A stretch of 64,000 nucleotides of DNA, taken from contig OX597828.1 in NCBI GenBank assembly GCA_951406725.2, positions 42,346,001-42,410,000 on the forward strand, given 5' to 3'. The DNA comes from Octopus vulgaris (taxonomy: Eukaryota). A program made the position numbers and the translations under genes. Shown here one piece after another: positions 59,847 to 64,000 of this stretch; the stretch's first letter is position 1, and every line of letters starts with the position of its first letter. The notes under the pieces are model-generated. The model saw only the letters and a program-made list of their open reading frames with translations. It searched no databases and was not told the origin of the DNA.

Positions 59847-60125
59847 GTATATGAATTATATGGTTTATGTTCACATAATATATATATATATATATATATA
59901 TAAATATATGGTTTATGTTCACGTATATATATATATATATATATTAAATATATCATATATATATATATATATTAAATATAACAAGTGTGTATGCGTGCAT
60001 TGTTATATATAATGCATATGCAGAATATATAACTGTAGCAGTTATTTGTATCATATTTTGAAATGCAAATGTTATTATATAACTTTTAATTTATGAGTTT
60101 TCTATTGAAATATATACACCGTACT

Positions 60126-60162
<37 letters not shown>

Positions 60163-60366
60163 TCGTTTGTGCTATTTTCCTTGGTTCGGTGCTTTCGGCG
60201 ACACGTGTGATTCGTACGTGGTTCACATTGCTTGTGTGACTTGAATATAATATAGATAATAGGATGGTATCAACACCCACCCACCAGAAGCAAATATATA
60301 TATACACACTCTCGAACACTCGTATAACATTGTATGAATGTGCATGTATAAAACGCATATATTTAT

Positions 60367-60398
<32 letters not shown>

Positions 60399-60518
60399 TA
60401 TATAATATATTTAAATTGTGACAGATGCACATATAGATATTTTTATTATGTATATATGTAAAAATTTCTACATAATTATGTCACATCCTATACGCGTAAT
60501 ATATTATTTACAAATGTG

Positions 60519-60584
<66 letters not shown>

Positions 60585-61678
60585 TTGGAGCTAGGTCAAA
60601 TATTTTTTCATGATATATATATATATATATATATATTTTGGAGCTAGGTCAAATATTTTTTCATGATATTTAACCTAATTTCAGAGTTATTTAGATTTTT
60701 ATGTGAAGAACAATTAGTGCGTAACATTAATCGGCGCGAGATTCCGATTCTGCATGTGCGTGGGAGAAGTGTGGGTGTGTGCGTGTACGATATATAACGT
60801 GTGTATGTGTATACACCCTTAGGTGGCCGTAAACCTAACTAACATACATGAAAAATTAATATATATATATATACATACACACACACACATATATATGCAT
60901 TTTTATATATATATATGCATTTACATATGCATATATATATATATGCATTTATATATATGTATATATATGCATTTATATATATATATATGCATATATATAT
61001 ATCCATTTATATATATATATATGCATTTACATATGCATATATATATATATATGCATTTATATATATGTATATATATGCATTTATATATATATATGCATAT
61101 ATATATATCCATTTATATATATATATGCATTTACATATGCATATATATATGCATACATAATATATATGTATTAATATGTATAATATATAGATAGATATGT
61201 ATACATATGTATATATATATATATATATACACACACACATTGATGCACCAGTACTATATGCAAATAATATATATACGCAAATGCATATTATGTATAATAT
61301 TCACACACACACACATATATATATATATTTAATATAGCGTGTGTACCAATGCATGTCACTAGAAATATTCATTCGTGCACATTTTGTTTCAAAGTATATA
61401 GAAACTAAACAGAGAACATGCGTCCTGGGGCAGGTGTGGGGTGGCGTACCTCATAAAGTCATTTACTATAAATAATAAACTAGCCTACGTCTATAATTAT
61501 GTAATTCTTAGAGAGATAGTTATTTAGTAAATAACATTGAGTGCAACAATAGACGTTTTGTTTCGTTCAAAAATACCTCTGAAATAAAGTAACAAAGATT
61601 ACTGCTCCTCATTAATGTGCTTATTGCCGGATTAATGTATAATTCTGATGATAGTAATAATGTTAATTACAGAATAAG

Positions 61679-61722
<44 letters not shown>

Positions 61723-61757
61723 CCAAGAAAAAAGCAACAAGAATGGATCGGTAGTTT

Positions 61758-61838
61758 AGTACAATTGTTTCATACTATAAACATTTTATTTAAAGCTGCA
61801 AATATTACAGCAAATATAATGTCAAGTATTCATCAGCT
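61758..61838 (-). ncRNA. Hammerhead motif with an extended stem II, in a Penelope-type fragment (~61718-61955)
   Basis: AG-CTGATGA-ATACT-[~50 nt self-complementary]-AGTAT-GAA-ACAATTGT(palindrome)-A-CT. Confidence 0.6.
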
Positions 61839-62008
61839 TTTTTCTTGGTTATAATCCACCCCACATAATTTTATGGTTAATAACCATAAAGAATTCTGGT
61901 GCATCTAAGTTAAGTACCATATTTATTCGAATTCATTTGAATCTAAATTGTTTTGCTGAGGCAGTGCTCCAGCATGGCCGCAGTCAAAAGACTGAACAAG
62001 TAAAAGAG

Positions 62009-62040
<32 letters not shown>

Positions 62041-62356
62041 GAGCGTGTTTGTTGTTTTATATATATTATCTATATATATAATATGTAACTATTACGCATA
62101 TGTATTATGTATATGTATATATAGTAATGATAATTTTATTTGTTATATATTATATATTACGAAAGCTATATATTATAACAATCTCTATATAATTTATTTA
62201 TATTGTACATATATAGACCATATATGATCTGTTGTATATATGCTGCATATAAGATATTACTATTCATGTTTGATGTATGTGTGGTTTGTGTATGTGTAAT
62301 ACACACATAAATCCACATAAATTCAATATAATGCACATATAATATACTTATGCATT

Positions 62357-62387
<31 letters not shown>

Positions 62388-62518
62388 ATGTGTATATATG
62401 TGTGTGTGTGTATATATGTATGTGTATTACACATGTTATAAATGTATGTAGATGTGTGTATATGTACATGTATATATGTGTGTGTGTGTATATACATATA
62501 TATGTATACATATGTGTA

Positions 62519-62549
<31 letters not shown>

Positions 62550-62554
62550 GTGTG

Positions 62555-62623
<69 letters not shown>

Positions 62624-63863
62624 ATATATATATGTGTGTGTGTGTATATATATATATATATGTGTCTGTGTGTGTATATATATATATGTGTGTGTATATA
62701 TATATATATGTGTGTATGTATATATATATATGTGTGTATATATATATATATGTGTGTATTTATATATATATATATGTGTGTATGTATATATATATATATA
62801 TGTGTGTATGTATATATATATATATGTGTGTGTGTATATATATATATATATATGTTTACTATATATACACTAATAAACATGTATATATTTAGATTATGCA
62901 CAAAAAATTTGTGCAAGTGTGCGTGTGTGTGCGTTATGCGTGTGTGCGTGGCTGTTAATAAGTAAATTGTAATGGTAAAAAGACGTGTGTGTGTGTGTGT
63001 GTGTGTTCGCACCTTTCGAATCGTAGCGAGTTGACAAGACTTTCGAACCTCAGGTAGAATCCAGCGAGATAGGGCAGGATATTTTTAATCCTTAATTTCT
63101 ATAGGCCCAAGTGCAAAATTGCGCCGTGGTACCAAGTACAGAAGGAAAAGGAAAATACCTTAAATAATTTAAACCAACCAGCATGGCCTCAGTCCATGGC
63201 TTGAAACCAGTTTAAAAATAAACAATTTGAAAAAATAAACAATTTGAAAAGAGATATTTATAATATAAATACGACTGAAACAAATTGACTAAAATAAAAT
63301 ATTATTTTCATTTTGTTAATTAAGAAGAAAACATATTAGTGGCGACCTCTGTGCGCGTGATCATGTAGAAAACAAAATTTCTCATTTAAATTCAACATTA
63401 TTCGCTAAAACGATGCTCCAACCAAGTTTCAGAGATTTACGACCAAAAAATTCATTTAATAATTCGGAAGTTCAGTTTCACCGCGCACCCGCTTGTGTGT
63501 GTGTGTGTTTACTGTGTCCACACACTGTTTAACAGACCGTTTTTAGCTTACATCTGCCTACATTAGAAATACCCTCTACCATTATTATAATCTGGTATCG
63601 AGTTCTCTTATTATTTTTGTGGTCATTTTTCAAAATTTTATCCCAAGAAATAAATATACTTAATACAAAGTTGTGTGTGTGTGTGCCCCTCTGTAGCCTG
63701 TATATAATATAATATAATGTGTGTATATGTAAAAAGGTATATAATGCATATATTTATAGATAGATATAATATATTTATAATATACATATTGTACATCTAT
63801 AATATGTATTGTAAATCTAACTATCTCTCTCTCTAATATATATATATATATATAAAGAGTGAG

Positions 63864-63907
<44 letters not shown>

Positions 63908-64000
63908 CATATATATGAGCAGAAGAGAGAGAGATAAGACGATACACTCACATATGTGTATGTATATATATATATATACACACACATATACATATTGTAT

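Overview
Eukaryotic, microsatellite-saturated DNA, most likely from an octopus (inferred from the repeat landscape and tRNA-derived SINE types, not proven). The only host coding sequence I can support is the first coding exon of a COUP-TF/seven-up (NR2F) nuclear receptor (54560-54959, +). It is preceded by ~54 kb without another host gene and followed by intron. Nearly all ORFs in the supplied track are translated microsatellites. The rest is a nested mosaic of four tRNA-derived SINE families (my labels A-D), two CR1/L2-group LINE 3' fragments, hAT/mariner/pogo-type MITEs and tandem repeats. Most interesting signal: about nine short non-coding elements, from several sequence families, carry minimal hammerhead-ribozyme-like motifs (CUGANGA-stem II-GAA-palindromic stem III-UH) of the Penelope/retrozyme type. 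Several have mutated cores, most sit in (TA)n tracts, and one is fused to a tRNA-derived Pol III head. Also notable are a covarying 3' stem-loop shared by the LINE and several SINEs, and a SINE family that occurs as head-to-tail multimers. All structures were read by eye; none was folded computationally or tested.
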